Position numbers and translations under genes: made by a program. DNA of 16,264 nt, taken from the NCBI GenBank assembly GCA_044356215.1, contig JBIKWQ010000076.1:1-16264 (forward strand), given 5' to 3'. Source of the DNA: Bdellovibrionota bacterium. GTDB taxonomy: Bacteria > Bdellovibrionota_C > UBA2361 > OMII01. Positions 16,150 to 16,264 of the stretch are shown piece by piece; the first letter of the stretch is position 1, and every line of letters begins with the position of its first letter. The notes beneath the pieces are model-generated. The model saw nothing but the letters and a program-made list of their open reading frames with translations, made no database searches and had not been told where the DNA came from.

Positions 16150-16264
16150 AGGGTAGATTCAACTCCGAAACGCAACACCTAGAATGCGTATCGCATCTAG
16201 GTAGTTATGGAAGATTCAAAAGGACAGTTAGGTGTGGCCGAAAGGCGAGTGATTTGGAAGTATC

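Noticed and set aside
16177..16202. Hairpin ACCTAG-A-ATGCG-TAT-CGCAT-CTAGGT upstream of the target gene
   Set aside because: A real inverted repeat, but with no U-tract or other context to assign a function this close to the window edge.

Overview
Accessory island of toxin-antitoxin and defence-type genes interleaved with many gene fragments, ending in a diversity-generating retroelement (DGR). Left to right: a decayed imuA-imuB cassette, an orphan ORF, a thermonuclease, a truncated TOTE-type primase fused in frame to an IS5 transposase shard, a deleted Fic gene, an AbiEi/AbiEii pair, an RT shard and an AbiEi shard, an intact Fic gene, an AAA_14/DUF4143 ATPase, a second AbiE-type pair, thermonuclease and J-domain shards, a second AAA_14/DUF4143 ATPase and a DUF3024 gene. 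The main result is a template repeat (TR, 14965-15080) and variable repeat (VR, 15553-15665) that differ only at TR adenines (20 substitutions) plus a one-codon gap. The VR ends a ~200 aa target gene of a family I do not recognise and is followed by a GAA-loop hairpin. An Avd-like C-terminal fragment converges on the TR from the opposite strand, and the only RT sequence is a ~24-codon FADD shard 7.7 kb away. All family assignments are by eye from motifs; no searches were run.
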